A stretch of DNA of 64,000 bases from Zootoca vivipara (lineage: Eukaryota), in NCBI RefSeq assembly GCF_963506605.1, contig NC_083284.1, forward strand, positions 39,866,001-39,930,000, read 5' to 3'. The notes under the pieces were generated by a model. It was given only the letters and a program-made list of their open reading frames with translations, was not told where the DNA came from and searched no databases. Within the stretch, counting starts at the first letter, position 1, and every line of letters begins with the position of its first letter. Both the position numbers and the translations under genes were made by a program. This document shows, piece after piece, positions 1-12,383 of the stretch.

Positions 1-264
1 ATATTGTGCCAATATTAACTTTTTTGCAGGTGAGTTTATATACTTAAAATGGCGTTTTAAAGTTGTTAAAGGTTTGAAAAGTTTTAAGTGCTGTCTTTTT
101 GCTATGTTAATGTAGCAAGATGTACATCAGTGTAATGTAATCCATGTGATTCAGTTTCACTATCTTACGTTCAGCGTGTTCTTGTGTGAGCTAGGTAATG
201 TGGCCATGTGATGGAAATACTCTTAATTAGATACAGTATAAATAAAACATTCTAAATTGGTTTT

Positions 265-621
265 GGGGGACGCAGGTGGCACTGTGGGTTAAACCACAGA
301 GCCTAGAGCTTGCCAATCAGAAGGTTGGCGGTTCGAATCCCTGTGATGGGGTGAGCTCCTGTTGCTCGGTCCCAGCTCCTGCCAACCTAGCAGTTCGAAA
401 GCACGTCAAAGTGCAAGTAGATAAATAGGTACCGCTACAGTGGGAAGGTAAACAGCATTTTCGTGTGCTGCTCTGGTTCGCCAGGAGCGGCTTTGTCATG
501 CTGACCACATGACCTGGAAGCTGTACGCCGGCTCCCTCGGCCAATAATGCGAGATGAGCACCGCAACCCCAGAGTCGGTCACGACTGGACCTAATGGTCA
601 GGGGTCCCTTTACCTTGACCT
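265..621 (+). mobile_element. Sauria SINE, full length
   Basis: tRNA-like head with B box ggttcgaatcc, typical body, (ACCTTT)-type tail. 12-bp TSD taaattggtttt at 253-264 and 622-633. Confidence 0.92.
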
Positions 622-2535
622 TAAATTGGTTTTAGTATTGAAATGATTCCTGTAGTGGACAGGTCCATTGCTTTTAGTGGGTCTACTCTTGAGTATAGCT
701 AAGGGTTGGAATCCTAACCTCACATGTCTGAATGTAAGCCCCATTGAATTCAGTGAATTCATAACTTACTTCAAAAAAGACATGGCTAGGATTGTAGCCT
801 TAGTTGGATAGTGCCTTTAGTATTTAGACCTAGAGATGCTCTAGGTCTCTAGAGTTTAGTTGTAAGTAGGCACTGAAGGCATCAGCAGTCAGTCTTCCTG
901 TTCCCCTCTATAACTTTCCTACAGAGTTACTGTTTGTTCAGCATTCAGTTTTGGCAGGGAAATAGGAAAACTTTGGTTTAGGGGAGGTTTTTTAATCAGG
1001 AAAAGTGGGAGCATGCAAATATTAAACAAGAAAGTATAGTACGCAGCATAGTCTTCTGCAACTCCCAAAATATTATTCTTGTTTAGGGATCTAATCGTTC
1101 TGGAACAGGAGCCTTAATAGCACTAGTCAGGGCTTGATTGATGAGGATTGTAAATTGTGGCATAAAGGAATACTTCTTTCTTTCTTTTCCACCTTCCTAT
1201 AACATTTTCCTGTTGTGCTGTGTAATGCTAAAAGATTTGAGTGGACTATCATCAACAAACATGATCAATTTGCTGTGTATCAGAGTGGTAGAGATGAAGA
1301 CTCTGCATTTTTAAAGGAGATGACCTAATTCATATCTCCCAGGCTTAAACATGAATTGGAACATAATTTTGCAGTACAGTTTCTGGTTCATAATGTCCCA
1401 GCATGTGTTTAAAAATGCATTTTAGGATAGAAAGTTTAGGAATATGTACATTGAGATAAAATTCATACTTAAATATCAATATTTGTATGGACTTCTTTTT
1501 TAAATCAGATTAATGTGGAGATAGGACTGACCATACTTAAGAGTAAATGAATGTAAAATTGACCCAGGTCACATGGACTGATCTATCCATCGCTAAAAAG
1601 CAGAGGGGGAGGTTTCTGGAGAGGGAAAGAAAAAGAGTAGTAGTTCTGCTCTTCCTCCACCTGAAGCCTCCCTGTATAGTTTGGAGAAGAGCTTTATTTT
1701 AACCTCATGACAATCTTCTCTTTGACTTTAATCCTCCTAATTAATCCCAATTATAGAACGTTGAGAACTGTTACAAGATCACCCAGAACCATTTCCCTTT
1801 TTTTTCTAATAACACTGAACATTCTGTATCTCAACTGCCTTCAGTATTCTATAGGTCCTGGAGATTAAGGATTAGGTTCCTCTGGGGGCTTCCTCCCTTA
1901 CAACTAAATGCATTTCTGCAAACCTAAACAATCCCTTGCTATGAAGAAAGTACTGTCCATTTTTTAGATTTCCCCATTTCAGTTCCAAACAGATACTGTA
2001 GTCATGAAGCTATGCAGGTTTGATTGTCGTGTGACCGCTGATGTGTATGCAGGTTTTGGCACCGGAAAGGGAGCAGGGGCAGGGTTAGGGTTAAATGTGC
2101 ATAAATTGTAAATTACCTGTATCTAAAATATTGTGGTGGTTATCTAATACTGAAAAAGGTTATCAGGTGCTGGTATACAGCATTTTGACCTTGAGTTTCT
2201 TGTGTTAGTCTCAGCATTTTGATCTGTAGGTAGAACTAATAGTAATTTGTTTTTAGATTGCTTGGGAACATTTGTATTTTTTAGTTAGTACGGTAGTTCT
2301 AGTTTAGCTGAGGGAGCCCTTAACTATTCTCTTGTTGTTCTGTCCCTTGTGTTATGAAAAAGAGTAGAAGTAATTTACATTTCATGATATTTGCTAGTTA
2401 ACGAAAAGTCTACTGAATTTGGATACATATAGTTGGAAAGGTTTGTAAATATCTTGAAGGAACTTCCTTAAAGCACATAATTACTTAGTTAGTTAGAAGA
2501 ACTCAATGCATGCTCAACTTATTTCACTTTCAGGT

Positions 2536-2613
2536 ATGTCAGAAAACAGCAAGAATCCAGAAACTGTTGATGAACTTCACCAGGCTCCAGAAGAACTCCA
2601 GTCTGACTCTGAG
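2536..2613 (+). CDS. ARFIP1: Putative upstream alternative coding exon of ARFIP1 (exon 2534-2613; MSENSKNPETVDELHQAPEELQSDSE)
   Basis: Acceptor ttatttcactttcag ends at 2533, ATG at 2536, 26 open codons, donor GAG|gtgatt at 2614. Splices in frame (phase 0) to GAT TGT TCA ATG at 7092. Confidence 0.65.
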
Positions 2614-3835
2614 GTGATTGGGTGATACAAGTGGTTTAGCTATTTAAAATCAACCAATCCAGTAACAGGCTCAGACTGGGGGGGAAATTGAACCAATCTC
2701 TGTTTTAATTGTTCTTGATTATAACAGAATATTATTTGTCAAATTCAGAATATGATTAACTGAAAACAAATTAATGTTTACATTTGATTTTGTATTGCCC
2801 CATTAAACAGCAAAGTATTCTGTCAGAATGAGGATTTTTATAGATAACCTTGCAAGTGTTTTTGTTGTCCCTCAGCCTCATTTTTGTCCCCACAGGTTTT
2901 TTGGTAGTTGGGGCCACCTGGTGCTTTTTCAGGAAAGACACACATGACAGACCTCTGTGAACATATTGATCCAGATTCTTGTGTGTTTATAGATAAATAA
3001 TAATAAGATAGAATCACAGATGCTAGATGGTTTGATAAGTCTTTCATCACTATACCCTGGTACATCAGATCTCATAATAATCCCCCTCCCCCCTATGCCC
3101 ACTGCTGTTCTTTGGCAAAATCTCGCTGAAAAGCATGCACTTGGCCAGGTAGAAAACAGGAGAGATAACATACCAATCTTGGATGTTTGCATCCTCCTAA
3201 TATGGATCTTTGGCTACCAGTTATTTTGAGATTGAAAACGTTTCCTAGTCTCATCCCGAATTTGAGAGACTGTTAGTTTCAGCTTTTGTTGTAAGGGCAC
3301 AGCTTCCCCTTTTCGGGTAAGTAACTTATTTGGTGCTTGAGTAACTTCTTGCAAAGTGTCCTATTAAGATGTGGAAAACAAGAAAATGGCCAAATCCTGC
3401 TCTTAAGTCTGTCCTTGAACAGCTACAACTGGTACAGAATGCTCCAGGCCACTTTCAGGTGATTATTATATCCAGTTGTTGCTGCATCAGTTGTGCTGGT
3501 TGTATCCTAGGATAAGGGCAGAGCCTTATTGGTTGTGTACTATGGCAAGCTCTCCATAGTGCAGTCCACCAGAGCTTACACCTGCATCTTTTAGAACAGT
3601 TGTGGGAAGTTCTGTTTTTCTGTAAGGGGCCATACTCCCACTTGGTGCTGATCTCTTGGCAGCTGCATGTCAGTAGTGGGCAGGGACATTTTCTTTCTGG
3701 AATGACTCAATCAAGAGAAACACAAACATCAGGGGAAGGTGGTTGCAACTACCAGAGTCTCTAATGAATTGCTTTTTAACTTGTAAACTGCTTCACATGA
3801 TGGTTGACTGGGAACATTGGAGGAAGAGTCTATAC

Positions 3836-3971
3836 CAGGCATCCCCAAACTTCAGCCCTCCAGATGTTTTGGACTACAATTTCCATCTTCCCCGACCACT
3901 GGTCCTGTTAGCTAGGGATCATGGGAGTTGTAGGCCAAAACATCTGGAGGGCCGCAGTTTGGGGATGCCTG
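3836..3971. mobile_element. 136-bp palindromic hAT MITE
   Basis: TIRs caggcatccccaaact / agtttggggatgcctg. 8-bp TSD gtctatac. Confidence 0.9.
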
Positions 3972-5423
3972 GTCTATACATTGTAAAGAACCCTGTGAGT
4001 AGTGGCCACTCGGTGTTGGGAGTACAGGCTTGGCTTTGTTTTATCTCAAAATGCAGCTTGTCCCCATAGGAAGGAAGTGTAGCCATTCATTTAGGTGGGA
4101 AAAATGGACACCACTAGGTCAGCGGCAAAGCATGTCTCTGGTGAGTGCCCAAGGTGAGAAGGGAGAGAAGTCGGCCTGGCTGAATGTGGAGCACAAAAAT
4201 ATTCCATGCTGCTTTCAGTCTAGCAGGGGTTCGGTCCATCAAAGTACGACATTATGCATGGTCAGCCAGTGAACTTCATGACTGAGTGGGGATTGGAATC
4301 CTGGTCTCCTTGGTCCTAAAGCGACTTGCTAACCACTACACTACATAAGTGTGTTTGGGATTGAAGCCAGTTCCATTGGACTCAGTGGGGCTTACTTCTG
4401 AATAGACATGTGCTGGCTGCAAATGAAAGATGATGATGATGATGATAAAGATAGATATAATAAAGTTGTATACTGCTCTATACCTGCATGTCTCAGGGCA
4501 GTTCACAGGATAAAATTACAATATAAAAACACAACAAAACCCCCTTTCCAGCCAGTAGAGAAACAAAGTGAGATCTGATAGGAAGGGTAGGAAACTCATT
4601 CCTTCTTTCAGAAGTTCACTCAGCTTTCATGCTCACTGCCGAGGAAGATAAACCCCTTCCTCTGCAGCCATCTCAGAAACTACCAAAGGAGGGGCAGAGC
4701 AATTTGTCTTCCTTAAGCTCACCTGGCATCCCTCACAGCACATGTGTTGCAGACCAGATTAAAAGTATGTGGAGGGGGATGAAGAGACTGCAGGCTACAT
4801 AGGAATGTGCCATCGGTAAGTTTTTATATTGAGTCAGACTTCAGTACAATTTGGTGGTGTCTCCCTTTGGCTTTGAGAAATCAGGGAACACAACCCTATA
4901 TAAGAAAGACTTGTGATATAAAAGTATTTAAAATAATCATAGCTGGTTAAATTTTGACCTGACATGTGATTTCGGGCATTTTGTGTTTAGGCTTCTTAAA
5001 TTTTAGAACATGGTGCTATTGTGCTGAATTGTATAGCTGTAGGCTCAAAGACTACTTGTAACTCCAGAGTCGTATAATACATTGTAGATTTTATAGCGTG
5101 TACTAAAGTTTTATGAAGTGTCTTTTAATTTGTATTGAGAAACTTTTTATTGATTTTTTTTTTGCATAGAGCAATGCTTTTGATTACATCATGGGAAAAG
5201 TGTTACACCTACGGATAGTGATGCAATAATACTTTATTCCCTAGCATGAACATAGGATTGCATGTTGTTGGCAGGTGCTGTCTGTTTTATCCTTACAACA
5301 ATCCTGTGAATTAGATTAGGCTGAGAGACTATGACTGGCCCAAGGTCATGTAGAGAGCTTCAAAGCCAACTGGGGATTTGAAACCAACTGCAGTGGGTAA
5401 GGATTTTGTTAGCATATACTGTA

Positions 5424-5622
5424 CAATGGTACCTCGGGTTACGTACCTGATTCGTTCCGGGGTCTAGTACGTAACCCGAAAAATACGTAACCCAAACAAC
5501 TGCAAAAGCGCACGTCTGCACATGCGCGCACAGTGAACCCGAAAGTAAACGCTTCCGGGTCCACCGAGTATGTAACTCGGAAAGTACGCAACCCGAAAAG
5601 TATGTAACCCGAGGTACGACTG
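5424..5622. mobile_element. Tc1/mariner-type MITE
   Basis: TIRs caatggtacctcgggttac / gtaacccgaggtacgactg. TA TSD. Internal gtaacccgaa repeats. Confidence 0.85.
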
Positions 5623-6020
5623 TACTATGAAATCATGGTTCAGCATCAAGTAAACAGACTAGTAGAGGCAACAGAGGGGAGTGCCTTGGGAACTATTAAG
5701 TAGCATACATCAAACCATAGTTTGGTTAAAACTATGGTTTAATGTGATGCGCAAACCATGCCATTGCTTTAAGAACTGAATGCTACATTTAATTGATGCG
5801 ACCTGATCTGTGGCAAGGCGGGTCTGCTTGGATGACTATTGCAATATGTCATAAATTGTAATTTACAGTTTACCCTTACCAGGCTTAACTAATCCAGCTA
5901 GTGTCTTAGCACTTTCAGCACTGGTCACTCTGCATCGTGTACACTGTGGTGACTTGATTGGTTCAGGCTTTTGCCACATAGTCATGTGGACTCTTCGTTG
6001 GGTCTTTCCACAATCTAATA

Positions 6021-6156
6021 CAGGCATCCCCAAACTTCGGCCCTCCAGATGTTTTGGACTACAGTTCCCATCTTCCTCGACCACTGGTCCTGTTAGCTAG
6101 GGATCGTGGGAGTTGTAGGCCAAAACATCTGGAGGGCCGCAGTTTGGGGATGCCTG
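6021..6156. mobile_element. 136-bp palindromic hAT MITE (same family as 3836)
   Basis: Same TIRs. 8-bp TSD atctaata. Confidence 0.9.
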
Positions 6157-7100
6157 ATCTAATAAAACCCAGAAGATGCAGAAAGATACACTAGCCATGG
6201 GGCATATGCCATTTTGCAAAGATGAGCTAAAGTTATAGATAATAGCTATGTAGTGTTTTCATATTACCTTACACGTGTGCATTAGCCTTTTGATCTGCGT
6301 TCAATACCTTATAAAAACAGATGCCATAGTTACATGAGTTTTGACTAATAAATTTGCAGGTGTTGTGTGAAAGAGGAAACAATTTGCCTGTAAACTATTC
6401 AGCTGTTTACAGTATCAAAATTGTACATCTGCTCAGATTAAATATATAACCTATTATAATACTCCAGAGTTCATGTGGGAACACCATGGGAGGTATGTGA
6501 ACAGCCCTTGGTTGGTCTTAGTCTTATGTACACTTCTATAGAGAAACTGGGCAAACTAGAATTTTACCTGGCACTGTGACAATCAGGTGCTTGATCAGAT
6601 GCACTCACCAGCCTTACAGGCATTAATATTTGAGGCTGCACAACAAAAGGTAGATGACTCATAGGCGGTGCAGTTCTCTTAAGTCCTTCTGTGAGCATCT
6701 TTTGATAACTGAAAAGGGTTGCCATGTACCAAAGTAAATATAAATATTATGCTGTTTGGTAATGTTAAGCGTCAAGAATATTTAATGTACTGTGACTTGG
6801 AGGCAGAAATTACTGTGTGGGCCATCAATTGTTTTTATGTGTGTCTAGCACTGGGGTGGGAGCAGACTGACCTGAACAAAGGGTACTTGATCTACTACTT
6901 GCTTTTTGTTTAGGAGACTGAATAATTTAATAAGCTATGTTTCATGGGATCAGTGTGTTAGGATCTGCAAATATCCTCTTTGTGGTTCAGTGAAATGTGG
7001 TAGTTTAGTGAAATAGCTAAACATTTAATATTAATATCATTTTTATAACACTCAACATATAACACTCAACATATTTCTCTTCAAACTATAGGATTGTTCA

Positions 7101-7193
7101 ATGGCTGAAGAATCTCCAAAAAATTCAGCAGCAGAGATTTCTGTGACAAGTAATGGAGAACTTGAAGATACACATGAGCACAACTATAACAGG
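7101..7193 (+). CDS. ARFIP1: ARFIP1 exon carrying the mammalian-equivalent start (exon starts 7092; MAEESPKNSAAEISVTSNGELEDTHEHNYNR)
   Basis: Translation matches the recalled arfaptin-1 N-terminus (MAQESPKNSAAEIPVTSNGE). Acceptor ctatag at 7091, donor AGG|gtatga at 7194. Confidence 0.95.
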
Positions 7194-9459
7194 GTATGAT
7201 GCATAACTAAGCAGTTTAACAATATGTATAATAGCAATGGTTTTTAGTGTTTGAGTTTAATATATTTTCTCACCTAGTGGCTCAATAATTTTCTTGGGGA
7301 ATGTTACTTTTTGAATGATGAATTCGCACATATTTAGATCAGTTCAGAGTGGGGTTTTGCTATTGCTGTTAGTGTTTTTTTAAAAACTATTTTTGCTTTA
7401 AAAATGATTTTTGCTTAAAAAAATAGAATTTGTGGTACTGTAAGTTGCCTAATGGCATTTTGCATTGGGCAACACATGTATTAATATTAATTAATGATAA
7501 TCAATAATGATATAAGTATAGTGTAAATTAAATCCCTGAGCATTTCACCAATAATCAAATTATTGGTAAAATCAAATGCCTGGAGCAAGCAAATTATAGG
7601 AGGAAAGTATTGCCTAGATTAGTCTAATGTTCTCCTGCTTGGAGAAGGCTTGCCAGCCTTTTGTCTAGAGATGACTACTGTATAGGTTTTATACTTTCAA
7701 ATCACAAGATATGTTGCAAATAACTCCATAAAAGTAATAAAACATAGAAGAGTAAGATGCTGTAATGGTTTGATTTCTTGCAGTTAAAGTTATTTGTAGA
7801 TTTCATTTAATATTTTCTAGAGTATAATTTGTCCTGATTGTTGGGAATAAGGAAAGTCCAATATGCAGGTGAATAAATCAGATAATCTGAGAACGTATTA
7901 GACTGCTAGACTATTCAAGTCTTACTCCAACTTTAGTTGTATTTTGAAACATTAGCTTTCTGGGACTTAAAAAATACTTCATTTCTTCTATCAAGTTGTG
8001 GTGACTAGGAATTTTGCTTAGGTAAGTAGGGCTTGTTAATACAGGCAGGATGAGAATATGTGCCTGCAAGTACATGAGGCACAAGGCTTCCCAACCTCAA
8101 GCCACAAAGGGATGGGGAGGAGAGCAAGAGCTACATGCCTCAGCCACCACCCAACCATAAACATCTCCCTTCCAGCACCAGACTCACGGGACCAGCATGT
8201 TTTGCAAGCAAAGTAGGAATGTGCTGCCACCTCCCTCCAGCAGCCCGTTGGTTATGATTGCTATTTGAAATAGCATTCCATTGATACTAACTGATGGGAT
8301 CATGATGTTGTGTCAGTTTGAACTTGAGGATTCTGTCTTAACTGCTTTGTGAATCAGACAATTAATGTAGCTGCAGTGATTTGAGAGAACAGGAGGAAGA
8401 AGAATTCTAAGTATTGCTTTCTTTGCTGAGAGTGATAGGGGAGGTGTGGGAGCAAGTGGTGGTGGGATAACTGTAAATGGCAGGATAGCAGAGTGTAGTG
8501 GCAGTCCTAGATGTTTGCTCAGATGTAAGCCCCCATTGACTTCAGTGTAACTCCCATGTAAGTGAGTATGGAGTTGCAGCCTGAATTCTGAAGGTTTGTT
8601 ATTGATGCGAAGGATGCAAAAAGGTTTGTCTAGGTGGCCATGGAGAGGCTGATCAAAGTAATAAGTGATGAAAATCAGTGCTGAGGGTGTATAAATCTTT
8701 TGCATATGTGTCCTTGTTTTGCATGCTTTCTTTGGAGTTAATTATTTTTAACTTTCTTAGAATGTTTTCTGTGTTACTCCTTTTTGCAAAGAGCACCTTT
8801 TTCTGGCTGCAGGAGACCTACAAATATGGTGTGTGTTGGTTATTAGGGATTATCTTCTGGACATGTAAAACTATCATGCTCCCGTTAAAATTATCCATAA
8901 GCAGGCTTTGTTGGCATCCATTGTTGGCTTATTTACAAGGCTGACATTGTTAAGTGAAATATTCTTGCCAGCTGAAATGCCCCTATTCTTTGAGTGTTTT
9001 TAAATACGGATTACTATTGTAAAATAAACACTGCATGAATAAAATGAAATTGTAACATACTTTTGTGTCCACTAGGGGCTGCTCTGGTATAGGCTGTGTG
9101 GTTTGAGGGATAACCTCTTTCAGACTTGAAAAAAATCATATATTTTATACCTGGCTGGTTGGCTGTGCCCACAAAATGTTTGTAGAATCATCTGCTGCCT
9201 CTGTAAAAGTAGGAGAGCATTTTCAACAACTATTGAGGGAGATCAGATCTATTAATTTTCAGAGGGGAAGGAATGTACCAATATGAGAGGATGTGGCAGA
9301 GCGTTTACCAGTTTATTTAAATATTTTAAAAAGCTTTGCTACCACTTCATGTCAGTGGAGCTGCAATTTGCAGCCTAGCAGAGTTGCAATATGCTGCTAC
9401 AGAATGGATCTATGGAAATAATGGGGGCAGCCCTTCCCATTGTGTCATTCTGTGTAGGA

Positions 9460-9723
9460 CAGGGGTCAGCAAACTTTTTCAGCAGGGGGCCAGTCCACTG
9501 TCCCTCAGACCTTGTGGGGGGCTGGACTATATTTTGGAAAAGGAAAAAAAGAAAAAGAAAAGAATGAATTCCTATGCCCCACAAATAACCCAGAGATGCA
9601 TTTTAAATAAAAGCACACATTCTACTCATGTAAAAACATGCTGATTCCCGGACCATCTGCAGGCCGGATTGAGAAGGCAATTGGGCCAGATCCGGCCCCT
9701 GGGCCTTAGGTTGCCTACCCATT
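9460..9723. mobile_element. Non-autonomous hAT element
   Basis: Starts caggggtcagcaaac and ends ggttgcctaccc. 8-bp TSD gtgtagga. Confidence 0.85.
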
Positions 9724-9740
9724 GTGTAGGATGTTACAAT

Positions 9741-9798
9741 GCTGCTGCTGCTGCTGCTGCTGCTACTACCACCACCACCACTACTACTACTACTACTA
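9741..9798. repeat. Compound (GCT)n(ACC)n(ACT)n microsatellite
   Basis: Read directly from sequence. Confidence 0.9.
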
Positions 9799-10839
9799 AA
9801 AACGGCACCAAGGCTTTTGATTAAAGGAAATCATTATTGCCTGTCTGTCAGAAGGATTTCCTAAACACAACTCCATGTTGCTCCTAAGTCCCTTGCATAG
9901 CTAAAGTAATAGAAATTAATTGCTGCAAACTTGTATTAAAAGATCAGCTGTGTTCAGAGCTGATGAGATTAAGGTATTTAATTATTTAGACAGTGCATTG
10001 GAAAACAATAGCTCTTACCATCAGAAAGTTTTTTCTGATGTTTTAGTCGGAATCCTCTTATCACTTTGTTAAACTGGAAGCTATAAAAGGCTTTCAGAAT
10101 CTGTTCTTGAGTAATGCTGAATAGACGGCATTATCACATTAATTGCTGGAGTTCAAATGGAAGAAAGTATATGCACCCTTGAGTTCATTACTGGTAGCCC
10201 ATTAAATGGAGTGGCTGGCTGGCAGGTCCCTCTTAACTACTCTTTAGGACAGGAAACCCAGCAGACTAAATTATTCTGCAGGACACACAGTAAAGTTACT
10301 GCCTTATGCTGTATAAATAGTGTCAGGAAATTATCTTTGTCATTTCAATGCTTGCATCACTCATCTTTGCTCATTTGGGAGCACTTGACATATTAGCACT
10401 TCTAGGTGTGCCCCACAGAGGAGGAGAAATATTGCAGGGGTGGTGGTGGAAGGGGGTTTCATATGCCTGGTGTGTAGGGCACACTTTCCAATAACTAATT
10501 CTGCACTGTGATTGGGTTTTGCCCCCTTTTCAAAATTGGTTTTGGTCTAGGTTACTCGTTTAGTAACTCAAAGCTTCACAGCTGCCAAAAATGCAAGTTC
10601 CTGCAGATTTTCTGACATGAGACTTTAGCTCCTAAACTCATTTTCTAAAGTTGTCAGAGCTGTAGGGCAGCACACTTCAGCCTCTGACATTGGCATGGGG
10701 TCCAAGGACCCCCTGGGAAACTCCTTGCCTCCGCAGAAGTCAACTTGGATCCATCAGCCCCCAAAGGAGCAGCTACATGAATCTTGCTCCCCCTTCATCA
10801 GCCCCAGCCCCAGTTCTTCCCTCCCTATTTGTAAAAGCA

Positions 10840-11888
10840 TTGTTTAGAGTATAGGATGTTAATTTCCCTTCTTTTTTGTTCTATGAGTTTAAGGAGTTTT
10901 TTTGCTCCTGTTTGTAGTGTGATGAGAGGGTCGTAATTTTTGTTCTAATTTACCAATTTTGGAGGAGGCTTGTTTTTTTAAGTGATGCTCTCTCCTTTAT
11001 GCAGGCTCCTCTGGTGACCACTTTCATTGTGTCCCAGAGGAGGGGGTTATTATGTCGCCCACATCATTGTCCTTAAAGTAGCTTTGGAGAGTTTTCAAGA
11101 GACTCTCTCTAGCTAGTTGGTTTGTGATTAGGATGGGGCTGAAGGACCATGATAGGGTTGTTTGTGTTTCCTCTCCTATTTTGAGAGTAACTTCTACTGG
11201 GGTGTGGTCTGTGATTTTAATGTTACCAATGTTTGTTGTTTCTACCACGGGGATCAGGCCTTGTGTGAGCTGAATGCTGTCCAGTCTGGACATTGTGCCA
11301 TGGCGTTCAAACTGGAATGTGTGACTGGTGTCTCCTAGGTTCTTTTCTCCCTGGATGTCATAAAGGCCTCTGTTTCTTTGAATTTTCAGTAGTTTGTACG
11401 AGTCTCTAATTGTTTGGGGTTGTAGGATGGATGTCTTTTAGGGAGGTGCCTCTCATATTTAGGTTGAGGTCATCTCCTAGGATTGCTTCCCCTTTGGAGA
11501 AGGAGAGGAATTTGCTTAGTGTCTTTTGGATGAACTCCAGTTGTTTTGTGTTTGGGGCATTTATGGATCCATTTGTCAGTTTAGTTTTCCCATCTAGTAC
11601 CCCTTTAGCAAAAATAAATCTGCCTTTTACGTAGCACTGTTGTGGCTTTAAAATTTAGGTCTCTACTGAGTAGTATGAGTACCCCACGGACCTTACCTGA
11701 GCCAGGGGCGACTCATTGTTGATTGAAGCAGGGTTCGCTCAGGAGTTTGCTTCCTTTGAGTGAGTTGTGTATTTCCTGTAGGAAGGCAATGTGTGGTTTC
11801 ATTGTGCTTACATACGGGGTGATGTGTTTTCTTTTGATAGGGTTTCCCAGTCCCCTCAAGTTTAGTACAATTGGTTTAAGCTAGCCAT
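10840..11888 (-). mobile_element. Degenerate L1/Tx1-clade LINE ORF2 fragment (APE endonuclease region)
   Basis: Minus-strand translation with frameshifts gives LNLRGLGNPIKR, IAFLQEIH, RGVLILL, GRFIF, INAPN, ILGDDLN, SRLD and TDHTP, the ordered APE motifs. Confidence 0.85.
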
Positions 11889-12056
11889 TTTGCATGTCTA
11901 TTATATGTGAGGTCTTCCTGCCAACCCGTCTGGGTTGTCCTGTGTGTATCTCCCCTTACATTGTCTATCAAACCTAGAGTGTTGAGCTGACATATAGTGT
12001 GGGAGAAGGGGAGTTAGAGTTAGAAATGGGCTGAATGGGGGGAATAGATTATAGAG

Positions 12057-12383
12057 CAGGGGTCAGCAACCTTTTTCAGCCGTGGGCCAGTCCACTGTCC
12101 CTCAGACCATGTATGTGGTGGGCCGGACTATATTTTGAAAAAATAATAATGAAGGCATTCCTATGCCACACAAATAACCCAGAGATGCATTTTAAATAAT
12201 AGTACACATTCTGCTCATGTAAAAACACCAGGCAGGCCCCACAAATAACCCAGAGATGGATTTTAAATAAAAGGACACATTCTACTCATGTAAAAACATG
12301 CTGATTCCTGGACCGTCCGTGGGCCGGATTGAGAAGGTGATTGGGCCGCGACCCGCCCATGGGCCTTAGGTTGCCTACCTCTG
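12057..12383. mobile_element. Non-autonomous hAT element (family of 9460, with internal duplication)
   Basis: Same termini as 9460. 8-bp TSD ttatagag. The cacaaataacccagagatg block is duplicated. Confidence 0.87.

Noticed and set aside
317-544. Recurrent ORF family MAEGAGVQLPGHV... (also 27686, 42803, 52744, 53958)
   Set aside because: Antisense translations of Sauria SINE copies, not a gene family.
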